Both the position numbers and the translations under genes were made by a program. Shown piece by piece: positions 1-11,038 of a DNA stretch of 40,373 nucleotides. Every line of letters begins with the position of its first letter. Position 1 is the stretch's first letter. The DNA is from Pseudovirgaria hyperparasitica. Lineage: Eukaryota. The DNA lies in NCBI GenBank assembly GCA_010093815.1, contig ML996599.1; one strand, 5' to 3'. The notes beneath the pieces are model-generated. The model saw only the letters and a program-made list of their open reading frames with translations. It ran no database searches and was not told where the DNA came from.

Positions 1-393
1 ATAAGGAAGAAGTAGAGGAGGATACTTACTATTAATGACTGGTCGATTATTAGCTAGGAGAGACTCTATATAGTCATAGATAAGATCCACTCGCTCGCTA
101 GTACCAAGGATAAGGTTATTATGGTTACCTTTAAGGACAGCGTGAAGTGCGAGTCGTGGGCTAAGAAACCTTAGTAACCTTAGCAATGTGTTCGTCATCG
201 CGACTCTCCTACGCTATCACTAAATACGGGGCTTTGAAGTTCGCCGAATATAGAGAATCTCCCAGGGCATGCCCGAGTAATAACTTAGCAGAGGAAGGAG
301 CGAGGCCACTGCTTTATCGTCCCATCCTTATCAGGACGTCTTCATTATAAAATTAAACGCGCGTCGATAGAGCCGTGGGCACATACTATGTTG

Positions 394-984
394 TGCCAAA
401 AACAGCAGGCACGTCGAAAGCTGTCCGCTGTGTGTGCAATATGGCGTGGCACTATATTCAACATTTAGTAGGCCGGTCCTGGTTTCCAGTTCATGGATAG
501 CAAGTGCCGTGAGGGCTTCGTTTCGGGATCAAGAAAGCGGGCACTCCCACAGATCCACCAGCAGAAGACTAGCCTGCCTGTCCGGGCATTCACAGTTTCT
601 AGATACGGATTTATAGCATCAATACAGCAGAGAAGTGTGAGTCGCGCAGAATCACCCATACGACAGTGCTTAAGTCGTTCTCTAGGATGTCGATAAGAGA
701 GCACCCCGACGAGGCCATTACTCGAGCCAGTGTAGAGCTTTCCAAAGCAAGCCTATGTATTCAAAATTGTCGTACATCAATTCTCCAGTTGCACACCATC
801 CGAAAAGAAGAGAAAAGATGTAGAATGCAAGTAGACCGAGAGAACCAACGCCTTCGCGTCCTTTGCCAGGAGGTTGTGCACGACCGCAACGAGATCGCCA
901 GCAAATGCCGAAGCCTATACCGCGAGCTAGGATGTGCCTATACGGAGATTCTCTCTCACTACGCCTTGTCTGAGAATTCGGATC
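394..984 (+). repeat. Dispersed duplication A (inverted copy of 30803-31393), carrying the 5' part of a coiled-coil gene truncated at 984
   Basis: Near-identical reverse-complement match from TGCCAAAAACAG (394) to GAGAATTCGGATC (984). ORF 666.. matches ORF 31121..30621 up to LSENSD, then diverges. Confidence 0.95.
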
Positions 985-1417
985 TAAGGCGTGGCGGCTC
1001 CGGCAGAAACGACTTGGCCATTTCTGCTATAGCCCGACTCTTCCTCCTGATCATGACCTTCTCGTTCCTAAGTCGAGGTGGGGTTGCAAAGCTGGCTCTC
1101 GCGAGCTTGGTGCCGGCGCTGGCTGTCTCCAGGTCTTCCAGGAGGACATTTCTTGCAGTTGGGCGCAGAAGCTAGGTATGTTGCATTAGTCGACTCTATT
1201 AGACTAAGAACGCTCAAACACGACTTACCAAGGTCTCTAAGTCTGCCGGAGGAAAGTCTCTCCGCGAGCGGTAGCTATAGAGCTCTTTAGTGGTTGGGTT
1301 CATCACGAACAGCGCTACGTCGCTACCAAGTTTGGCATACGCGTGAACTTTGCTTTCCAGGCCATGAAGTCTCCTTCTTAGTTGCTTTTTGGGGTTCTTC
1401 ACGTCTTTCAGGGCCAT
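959..1417 (-). CDS. Small MADS-box/SRF-like putative transcription factor, 2 exons (1417-1229, 1171-959); 3' end runs into repeat A
   Basis: KKQLRRRLHGLESKVHAYAKLGSDVALFVMNP..LYSYRS..FPP resembles the fungal degenerate MADS pattern (RRRxxGLxxKAxE...DVALII...YTYRS...WPP). Intron GTAAGT(1228)..CTAAT..TAG(1172) gives an open second exon. Confidence 0.65.
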
Positions 1418-1767
1418 GTTTGCATCTGTTACCCGGCTCGAAGTGGGCAGCGTCCGCTTTTTAGTCCAAGGGGGAGGAAGCTTGCAGGCTGGAGAGCAAA
1501 GACATTGCTGTGTCATTCCGCGCTCCTCAGGACGAAGTGCTGGTCAAGTTGCTGGCTAACAGCGAGACTGAGAATCTGGACATGGTTGGTGAGGATCCTA
1601 GATAGACTAGAATAGTCAAGCTAAAGGTACTAACTACTTATATTAGCTATTAATAGCTCTTGGGTAATAAGAGGTTCCTAGTATATAGGCTACCTATTCT
1701 AAGGAGTAGGTTTTAGCTACTAAGGCCGTAGAGAAGATTTACTATACTCTTATAAGAGGTCTATTCT

Positions 1768-1852
1768 GCTGAGCCATGACCGTACTGAGTCGGTATCACT
1801 GAGTCGATATCTTACTGAGCCATGATCTTACTGAGCCATGATCTTACCGAGG
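1768..1852 (+). repeat. Tandem array of CTGAGCCATGA / CTGAGTCG motifs
   Basis: gctgagccatga ccgtactgagtcg gtatcactgagtcg atatcttactgagccatga tcttactgagccatga tcttaccgagg. Confidence 0.8.
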
Positions 1853-2022
1853 CGTAGTCTAAGTTTACTAAAAATAGCCAGCGAAGCAGTCTCTATCCAG
1901 CCTGATCGGTCTATGTCGAATCCTCGCTTTCGGTTAGAATGATGCTACTTTTAGATTGCGTGATTGTATCTAAGCAATCGTCGTGCTGAGCTTTGAAGTA
2001 GGGTGAACATACAACCACACTC

Positions 2023-2303
2023 TTCTCGATACCAATCCGCAACCATGTGGCCTGTCGTCTGAATCTCCCCAACAACTCCTTCTCGTCGTGGGAGTAAGTG
2101 GAGAAGTTGTTTCGAGACTCTTCACAATCTTTAGCTTACCATGTCTGTCACCTCTGATTCTGGCAGCATGGTTTGTAGATCGTGAATCTCATCATGTGTT
2201 CTTTGTGCTTCATTTATATACGTCCTCGACTCATCCGCCTTTTCCAGCGGTTCTATCGTCTGGCTCTACGTCGCAGTGTGCCAAGTAATCGTACTCACCT
2301 CCT
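2023..2303 (+). repeat. Dispersed duplication B, internally deleted direct copy of 39087-39891
   Basis: 2023-2123 matches 39087-39188 and 2119-2303 matches 39707-39891. The junction lies on a shared TCTTC. Confidence 0.95.
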
Positions 2304-2790
2304 ACTGGGCGAAAAATACGTGCTGCTCAAAAAATGTCAATTTTGAACTCCAACCATACCTAAAATGAGTAAGTTCATCCATCCCGAAGCCACAGTCCCT
2401 TAGCTCCACACCGTCTTATAGTCCTCCACTCGGGTTTTAACCTGGAGGTGAGATGAGATTTCAAACAGTCGGTTGAATATGGGGGTATTGGAGATCAGAA
2501 AGGTCAAAAAACGATCCAAAATCCCCTAAAACACCTGATCGTGGTTTTAGAGGTGGGTGAAATAGGTGAGTTTTGGTGAGGGCCTGAGAGGCGATCCACG
2601 ACTTTTGCAGACCCCTGTTGACTGGAAGGTCGGCTTGGTTTCCAATTCGCTCCCCAGAACTAGCCTTAAAGCCGGGTTAGATCTGATGTCTCCAAAGCGG
2701 ATCGAGTCGTACGTAATGGCTGCTGCAATATTTACTCAATTTTAGTGATGTGTACTAGTTCCTATTCTATGTTCACCCTTCACGCAAGGC

Positions 2791-2880
2791 CCATAATCGA
2801 CCTTGCGCGATGACATTGGCGCCCTTGTCGAGCAGCAGCTTGACAGTCTGCTGGTGGCCTTCATCTGAAGCTGCCTGGAC
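2791..2880 (-). pseudogene. Single ankyrin-repeat remnant of the fungal NLR/NACHT-ANK type
   Basis: Reverse translation gives VQAASDEGHQQTVKLLLDKGANVIAQG, matching the consensus LQAAS.EGH.Q.VKLLLDKGADVNAQG. Confidence 0.75.
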
Positions 2881-3471
2881 GCTGGAGCTAAGTAAAAGCG
2901 TCACAGCCATAACCAGGTGACCCCTTCTTTGGTGAACTTGCCTAGTGAAGCTTTGTAACCAATAGCACTACTTTCGTTATCGTGCGGCTTTTCAAAACAC
3001 TTGGGTGACCGCCGGGGATTTCATTACTAAGCGCTATTGAAGGATCATGCCTGATACTTTTAGGAGGATCAAGCTCCAGTCATTCACAGGGCATGACAAA
3101 TCCTGACTTGCATTGGATACCGGAGATAAGATTAGCGACGCCCAGCAGAGCGCTTGAGCAGCTAGGCGCAGACTCATGCTTCGTCTAAGTTAGAACCGTT
3201 CAGATCGATACTTCGAACGACGAGTACAGCGATTGCAAGCCTTGAAGGCAGGGATACCAGCATATCAATGCGAAAGTCTTTAGACTCGAAGGGTAGGCTA
3301 CAACAGTTTTGGATAACAGTACATTGCTGAGATATAGATGGTCAAGTAATAGGTCCAGCTTCATGAAATGACTCTCATGGCATAATGCCAGCAGCAGCCC
3401 CCTGAGCCCACCTCGCCTCACCATCACCCTTGCGCAAGGACTTTGAAGCTTCAATCACGAGTCAACAACTC

Positions 3472-3954
3472 CTACTTATCCGTATTCCACCACCAGGGTT
3501 CGGAAAACACATCCCACTGTGCTGGGGTCCTCTCTGGCAGGTCTGGTTCACAGTCCCAAAACTTAAGGACGCTATTTTCACTCATCGACCAAACCCTCTC
3601 TGATATGTTGCCAACACTGGCGTTATCGACCGGTAGCCCGCTATCTACATGGGCCGCGTCACGATTGTCAAGTCGCTCCTGATCTGGAGGCAAGCCTGTG
3701 TGATTGGCCTGGTCAGGATTCTCAGTGAGAGACACCTCTTCCTGACCGCCGATCAAGGTAATTTCGACCACAGCACGTCCCCGGTATGGTAGCAACAATG
3801 TGGCTATAGTCACTGCATATTGAGACCTCGTGAGGCGTGGCGCGTCGATGATCCATGGGACAGTATGCTTCGTATTTAATGTTTTCGTGCTCTTGGCGTC
3901 CATTAAGAGCTGCAGTACGGGGCGGGCTCGGGGGTTGGTCAGTCTTGTTGACAT
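3472..3954 (-). CDS. Hypothetical protein or fragment; exon structure unresolved
   Basis: 160-aa ORF with protein-like composition. An upstream intron-like GTAAGT..CTGAC..CAG lies at about 4050-4095. Confidence 0.35.
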   Translation of the reverse strand: MSTRLTNPRARPVLQLLMDAKSTKTLNTKHTVPWIIDAPRLTRSQYAVTIATLLLPYRGRAVVEITLIGGQEEVSLTENPDQANHTGLPPDQERLDNRDAAHVDSGLPVDNASVGNISERVWSMSENSVLKFWDCEPDLPERTPAQWDVFSEPWWWNTDK

Positions 3955-4554
3955 CGTAAGGCCTCCGGATCCGTTCTCCCACCAGACGTTGGTAGAGCTT
4001 CTTAGTGCGCCCTATCATACTAATAAGAGAAGAGAAAAAGAGGTTGCCTGGGATAAGTCAGAACAAGGAGACTGCCAGTTTGAGCAATACTTACCACTCA
4101 TTTTTGCCGGGCGATATGCTATAGTGTGAGTCTAGGTGTCGGTAATTGCGTGAGGTAGTTAGTAGAAAGTAACGAGTATGATAGCAGATTTCTATACCTG
4201 TGTGGCTATCTGAGTATAGTTTGTTCATCAAGTCCGATGTCCATGGCGTCCATCCTGGAAAGATCATCAGTGAGGGATTCGTTCTATGTTAACTTTGGTA
4301 TCACGCCGAACAGTTGCTAGCGCCAATTTGACTTCCTAGCCAGGGGGGGCTGTGACGGAACAACTTGACTTGCATACTTAGTGCATCAATCTACAGGCAA
4401 GTAGCCGTATGATCAAGGTATCTAGAGTCCGGACTGCACGCCTCCAGAGTCATACAATTGCCTTTCCCCCCTACTGTCTCGTCCTCCAAGCGCAGATTCC
4501 CAGCGCTACTCAGCAGTTACCTTCTTTCCAACTTTGCCCCCTTCGAGTCCTCTC

Positions 4555-6477
4555 AATGGCAATCTCCTCCCCGATTACATCCTCCAACTTCGAACATTCT
4601 GCGATAATATTAGCATTACGGCTTGTCGCCAAATGCTTTAATACTATCCAATCTGTTCGTTCAGCGCATAGATGTTGTGTATTCAAAGACTAACACGGCC
4701 ATAGTCTGTCGGAGATGCATTCCTCAAAGCAGCTCATGAAATCGAGCCTTCACGAGGCGAGGAAGAGATGCTCAATGCTTTTCGCAAGTTATCATTAACT
4801 ATTAGAACACCTCGAGGGCCTGCGGTGTCATTGGACAAACGAAGCAAGACATGTCGAAGTCTCGCAGGCAATAATAAATCCACAGCTAGGGTCTCACGTA
4901 GCAGTGGCCTGATATCAAGCATTACTGCTCCTACTAACCATGGCCCAACGAAGGAGGCAACAGTCGGTAGACGAAGCCATGGCAACATTCCAGTGACTAT
5001 TATTCCTCCTATCGACCATTCCCGGACGGGAGAGGCTGTCGACCATAGTCCGACGGACGGAGCTCCAGTCGGTAGACAGATGGGCCAGACACAAAGTTAC
5101 GACAGTGACCCGCTACGGAATGCTAGTAATGCTCAGCTTGAAAAACAAAGTGACATATCCAGCGGTAGCATCACCGGGGAAACTGCTGTCAGCAGACTCG
5201 AGGCCTTGATCAAAGACCATAAACCCGTCAAAACATCCCTCACCAAGGGCGCGATCGACAGACTGGTGAAGATTGTCAGAAAGATGTCTATCCAGAATCT
5301 GCCAGAGACCACAATGCCTCACATGAGACCGCCCGAATCCGTCAAAGAATTATGGGAGCAATACAAGCAATTCGACCGCCAGTGTATGGAAAGGCGTCGG
5401 GTGTTCCAAATGGCGCTGACATACTGTTGGGTCAGAGAAATAGAGAGGCGTCCAACGCGAACGGATAATGAAAAGATCCTCGAGGAAATCGCCTTGAACG
5501 TGGGGATCCCGAAAGAAGACACCAAGGAGATGTACGGACTGTATGCCTGTGGTGTCACGCTATTGAGTCTACAACCAAGGGTGTGGATCATGACAGCGGG
5601 TATGAAGCTGGATTCGTAGTATGTGTAGTCCAGCCCTTATATGTACATAATGCTGACACAGAAGAGCTTCACCAGATTAAGCGCCGAGGCCACAACAGTT
5701 CTCCATAAGTATATAGACACATACTGGGGGAACTCAGTCGAGCTTGACCGTACCGTCGTCGAAAGAGTTCGAGAGATTGTTCCTATCATACCTGAATTTG
5801 ATAGCTGTGCCTCGACTTATTACAAGCAAGCATTAGCACGCTCGCCGCTACCCTTGACTATTAAAGAAAGACACGGACACTCCACTATGAGTCCAACAAC
5901 TATATCGAGTCGACAGTCGAGTGCGCGCCCATATTCATCAAATCTATCCGCAAGTACATTTTCGGGTGCGGATTCGAACAGTGTCGATCATTACGATCAC
6001 AAAAATGCAGGTTCTAGGAAGCGGTGGATATCAGAAGGCCAAGACCAACAGAAGCGGAAGCGTTTGCTCGCCAATCAAGACACTCCTATCATATTGGAGC
6101 ACACAACTACATCCCCACAGAGCTCGAATGGACTAATTCCGGAAGTTATTGCAAACGACCCCACAATCCTCGCAACCACACCATCGCAGATATCTCCCGA
6201 AGTCCTAGACCGCAATCAAGCTCAACAGGCGACAAACTTAGGGCTAACGACAGACTCGGACATGCGGGAAGACGTGATTATCCAGAATAACTCGCTCGTC
6301 CTACGAGACAACTACAACCATTTCCCATCGCTCGATGGTTTCGGACAGAGTTTCACGGCGATGACCCAGGATGTCTCGTTCGTCTTTCCACCAGACAGAT
6401 TTGATCAGCTCGATGGTTTCGGGCAGAATTTTACGGCTAACATTGATGGATTCGGGTATCCAATGCCTGTTTCATAG
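4555..6477 (+). CDS. Multi-exon hypothetical protein
   Basis: Long ORFs 4768-5619 and 5641-6477 can be joined by an intron near 5616-5667 (GT..GCTGAC..AG). An upstream acceptor GACTAAC..ATAG lies at about 4704. The start is uncertain. Confidence 0.6.
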
Positions 6478-6649
6478 GATCATCACAGGACGGATACAAG
6501 GTGGGCCTGAACGCGATATAGCCCTGGCTTTCTTCTCATTTTCAAAGTTCCCGCAGTGCCCAGTCACATGGTCAGCATGTCTTTACTAGAAATAATGTAT
6601 TGTTCCCGCTTTAGTCTATGACCAGACATTTAAGCAGATCATTATTTCA

Positions 6650-7110
6650 TTATTGTACAACCAAGAAAACCACGTCTCCTCGCACACATGAGAACGAATT
6701 CGAGGTGCAGAAGATTGCTATTCCAGGTTCGAAAGAGCTCCAATTCTTGTTATCAGCCGAGACGTGTGAGGATCCCTGCAAAACCACTATAGGGACGAGG
6801 TATGTATCCCGAGTTCGATTGATCATAAATCTACCTTCCTGTGGTTTCGTCGGTCGTAGTAGGCCCCAGAGGGTCTAGTAGGCATCAACGATTGAACCCG
6901 TATTTCGTTGGCTTAACTTACTGGTCTTTCCTTCCATATTCCAAGAGCTAACTTCTGTGCGCTATCCTCATACCCTGGAGTAAGACATTCCCAAAACCCA
7001 GGCAACTTAGAATCTTGGAACTGCCGTTGTTCTTCTACCGCCTTCGCCAGTTCTGCTCGAAGCTCTTCAACATGTTGTGGGAGAGTGAAGCTTGCAAGAT
7101 GTTCAGGCAT
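6650..7110 (-). CDS. Hypothetical protein, 2 exons (7110-6922, 6874-6650), about 137 aa
   Basis: MPEHLAS...WKERP, intron GTAAGT..TAG, then TLWGLLRPTKP...VVFLVVQ*. Both exons are in phase 0 and open. Confidence 0.6.
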
Positions 7111-7419
7111 ACTAGCAGAGGGTAAAACAGCGTAGATTCAAACAAACATGCGCTTTCAGACTAGGTGAACCTTTGTGCGCTGACGCGATGTGATCGTAAA
7201 TTTCCCGCATATGCCACGAAATGGCGGGGCAGCACGTGCTGTCCCGTAACGCTTTCGGATCACGTGGCTAGAAGTTTCACAGAGTAATATTTTTATCTTG
7301 ACGACTCTGACTCTAAGCGCCCGCCATTTTGTGACATTTTCGACGATTACCACATATGATCGTAAAAATACTATATTAGCCATACATTGGTGTTTTTTGA
7401 GTGTTTTACGATACCTATT

Positions 7420-8120
7420 ATGCCTCCTAAATCGCGTAAAGGCGTCCGATTCGGTCACGATGACTCGACAGAACCTCCACCACCACCAGCTGGGCCACGG
7501 CCACGTATATCTACGTCGAAGGCGCTCCAAAATGACATAGAGAAGGCATCGAGGACCGCGAAGACAGCGGCGAGGCGTAAAAATACGCCTTTAGCGCGCC
7601 ATATTGCTGAATCTGTGACTCTGTGGAGCCCTCCTCTAACCTCACCGAGTACTATACCCGATAAAACCATTGATAATACTGTGGATAATGAAGATGTGGT
7701 TGAAGTCGAGGAGGACGAGGATGAAGACGCGGCCCTTGACAGAGTAATGTGGTCTATCCACGTTAATTGGAGACAGTCGCTCGATATGAGTTCGAGAAAG
7801 AGATTCAGGGACTTATCGATGAGTCTCTGGCTATAGACGACTGGCTATTTAAGGCTAGAAGCTTTACTATGAAGCTCGGAATCAATGGACGTCCTAGGAA
7901 ACAGTCGAGCGTACCAGATTGGGGTATATTCAACTAGGATAAGATACTCAGCTTCATCGACGAGGTCCATAGCTTCGTGAAAAAGGATCCACTCGAGGCT
8001 GTATTCGTCACGTTCGAGGATACTGTTCGTTGTCAGAGTTACCAGCCTCCACAGGGCGTAAGAAGACTGCCTCATCGAATCCGAAGTCCCCTATATCCAT
8101 TGTTTACTTGTCTTTCTAAC
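7420..8120 (+). pseudogene. Frameshifted hypothetical gene (MPPKSRKGVRF... start), possibly transposon-associated
   Basis: Open to about 7770. Protein-like reading continues in another frame (ETVARYEFEKEIQGLIDES...) with an internal TAG. Confidence 0.45.
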
Positions 8121-8546
8121 TAGAGTTTCTTCCCTTAATTACGACTGCTCGGCTATCTTCGAGCGACTCGACTTTCCGCAACAAGATGCTGAAGGCCTGG
8201 GTAATTTCTACTGCAGATGGCCGATCTGAGCGGTCCAGTCCGTATCAAATCCCTCCCCTCACTCGCCTTCAGTGTCGCTCGCCGCGTTGCTTGACGAACA
8301 GGCCGATCAAACGCAGCCAACACTCCAGGCACGAAGAATTTGAGCGACCGACTGGAAGCGTCACGAGAACAATACGTATAATAAGATCACGTACTGGTTT
8401 TAGGAGCAAGGTATAGAAGAGAAAGGAATGTGAGCGAGCCTTCCAGAGGAGAACAACAACATGCGGTGGCAGAACTCGCTCGAGATACTGCTGAGCAACG
8501 AATGCGCAAGACCACGCTTCCAGAACTGTCACATTCATTTGTCATA

Positions 8547-9289
8547 TTACAATTTCATCCACTCTTTCTCAGCATCATCTGTAGAGGCCTCCTCAAACTT
8601 ATGGTTATCCAGCCAATCGCAAGCATCTCTCTTGTCCGCAAACTCCTTGTAGAAGTCGTCTAGTGCCTGATCTATGAAACGGGCGGCTGTATTAGCAGTG
8701 GTTGAGCGCGACATTGAGCAAGAACTCACCCTGAGTATTTGCAGAGAGAGAAAGGTGCAACGAAAACTGAGCAATCTTGGGTCTCTGTAGCACAAGCATC
8801 TCTGGAACTCGTGTCCCTGTAGCAAGTATGGATGAGCGTCTCTCTAGCACAAGGATGTGACGCCTACCTTTTCGTATGGTGAACACGTATGGACGTTCAG
8901 CTGGTATGCCATTCTCTAAGTCATCATGATAATTATCAACAGCTAGTCTGATGATCTCTTGCATTGTGAAGGTATTTGGCATTAGCGAACCATTGTCCAA
9001 GTCTATTCCAGTCAGTATTCAATCTTTCCTTCAACCATGGGGACGAACAGGCAATCTCAGTCCAGTTGTTTCCATTCATAGACCCCGAATGCAGAGTGTG
9101 GATGCTCTCCTGCGGAGAAAAGCTTTCGTTGAGCCGATGGCGCTCGAACTCAAAGAGCCGAAATGTTCCACCAGCGTTTAGTCGTGAGAGGGATGCTGGA
9201 AAGACCTTGTAGACAGGAAAGGCTGCTAAGCGCGACGGTTTGGTGAATCTCCGTACCGCAGGCACTGGAGCACGAAGTATAAATCGCAT
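8547..9289 (-). CDS. Tse2-like ADP-ribosyltransferase-fold protein, divergent subfamily, 4 exons
   Basis: Spliced: MRFILRAP..YKVFPASLSRLNA..EIAY|LDNGSLMPNTFTMQEIIR..PYVFTIRKG|TRVPEMLVLQRPKIAQFSLH..|..IDQALDDFYKEFA..DWLDNHKFEEA..EWMKL*. Motifs FP..L.R, NG..MPNT, GT.VP..LVL and FSL match fungal Tse2-domain proteins. Donors are GTTCGT (least certain), GTAGGC and GTGAGT. Confidence 0.7.
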
Positions 9290-9639
9290 TGTGGCAACAT
9301 CGACGCGACGAAAGGGTCCTTACTTGGACGAGGCAAGTTGTAGTGGTGGAACGGATCAATGAAATGATCCGGTGCGCGTGACCTTCCAAACAAGCTTAGG
9401 CCATGTGAAAACTGCAGAGAAAATTTGTGAGCCTTAGTAAACGAGTAACGTGGATATTAGAATCCACAAAATTTATTCAGCTACCAACCACTGTTTAATA
9501 GCTATACATATGAGGCTCTGGCTGTAGAATGAGCGGCTTCGAAGTGCTACCACATAGCCGCAACCAGGCAGGAAATGACATGTGCGATAAATTTACCATC
9601 TTATCTACAAAACCGTGTATGATCTCACTTCATGCCCCA

Positions 9640-10333
9640 TCAGGCGTAATGATCAGTCCAAGCACCGTTCTGAAAATATCTTTGTCGGTTGGTACCGTCA
9701 TTCGCGGGGTACCAACCATCTGGGGTGCTAGATGGCCCAGCAGCCTGGCTGTACGCTTGAAGCCACTGTTCCCGGCTCATTACCCTCGCATTTGCCCCTA
9801 AGAACGAGGTAATGCGTTGATTGAGGTCTACAGCCGCGTAAGAATCGGTTTGGCTGGAAGCGTCGCAACTCGATCTTACCTGCGAGCGACATCTCAGTCG
9901 CAGCTTGGAGTGAATAGTGGTCGGTGTGCTCATGAACGAGGATGAGGTCGGGGGGTAAGGGAGTATCTACACTAGTCTGAGTACGGATTGATCCTAAGCT
10001 CTACAAAACTTACTGGCGGGGACTGAGTACACTATGATGCTGCTGCCTTTGAAGTTTTGGATGAGTCGTCTATGCATATCGCCGTCCGGCCGCATTGACG
10101 CGCCGTTCGGTGCTACATTTCGGTTAGGTTGAATTTTAGTCCTTGACGAGCGCCTATTCACCGTTGTAGTTTGCCGCATCCAAAGCCTTTGGCTTCACCA
10201 TGCCGGACTCAGTGACAACGTCGTAGCTGTACCCTTGTCCGCGCCACTCTCGAAGTGTGATCGCTGGGCCATTGTTCACTCGGAACAGCTCTCTTGGGAC
10301 GGTTCGGAAAATATTGATCAGTCTCGCAGCCAT
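9640..10333 (-). CDS. Tse2-like ADP-ribosyltransferase toxin domain protein (ADPRTs_Tse2), 4 exons, intact, with a DUF2510-like C-terminal tail
   Basis: Spliced: MAARLINIFRTVPRELFRVNNGPAITLREW..YDVVTESGMVKPKALD..|APNGASMRP..IVYSVPA|NTPLPPDLILVHEHTDHYSLQAATEMSLA|DLNQRITSFL..EQWLQAY..PDGWYPANDGTNRQRYFQNGAWTDHYA*. Introns at 10161-10113, 10013-9967 and about 9879-9828. Confidence 0.85.
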
Positions 10334-11038
10334 GTTTCGTGGTGTAAGCTCAAGGGATAGTGTAATGTGCGCGATGTGTTTGGGAACGATGGGAGGTTTG
10401 CAATTGGGGCCGATGCGAAGCTGGACTTTTATAGTCATCCTTGTTAGTTGCTGCCTGATTGCCTAATGGCTAGAGGACAGCTAGGTCATCACAAGGCTGA
10501 GGCGCGTACTATGCGCATGTCTTGGCGAATGCGGCGTACCGCTTCGAAGCAAGGCACAGGCGCCTGCCAAGCGTCTACGTAGATGCAAATAAAGGAACAG
10601 GAATGTGCGCCGCTTGGCTGTGTTGGATGTGACACAGTCGGAGCATGTTCGTAGTCTGAGAGCCAATGAAACAGTCGAACGCCCGGATTTAGTCGGCGTA
10701 ACGCGCATGATCATCCCAGAAGATGACCCGCTGTTCCCTTTTTCGCTGCCTTCCTGCGAAGCTCTCCTGTCCCACATTCACAGACCAAGACAAAGTTAAA
10801 GTGGATCTGCGGCGTCTCGAAGGCGTCCCCCCGAATCAAGTGGCCTCACTTGATCCATGTACGCTGCCGTCCAGCACATGGAGTAGCTATACAAGTTCTT
10901 CGGCGTTGTGTTGTTTCTTGTGGAAAAACGCCATGCCCTCATCTTCCTCCATAGAACTGGCTCTCATAGTTGGCTGTTGAATTGGAGCTAGCGGGTTGTA
11001 GTAAGATGTATTTAGCTGGCGCATAGTACTGGCCCATA

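Noticed and set aside
1..360. Possible retroelement remnant
   Set aside because: TA-rich and RIP-like, but no RT, integrase or gag motif could be read in the frames examined.
985..1175. Hydrophobic C-terminus of ORF 666-1175 as a membrane anchor
   Set aside because: It is the antisense of the MADS-like gene's second exon, beyond the repeat A breakpoint.
1768..1852. CRISPR-like array
   Set aside because: Eukaryotic context, repeats of only about 8-11 bp with tiny spacers, and no cas genes.
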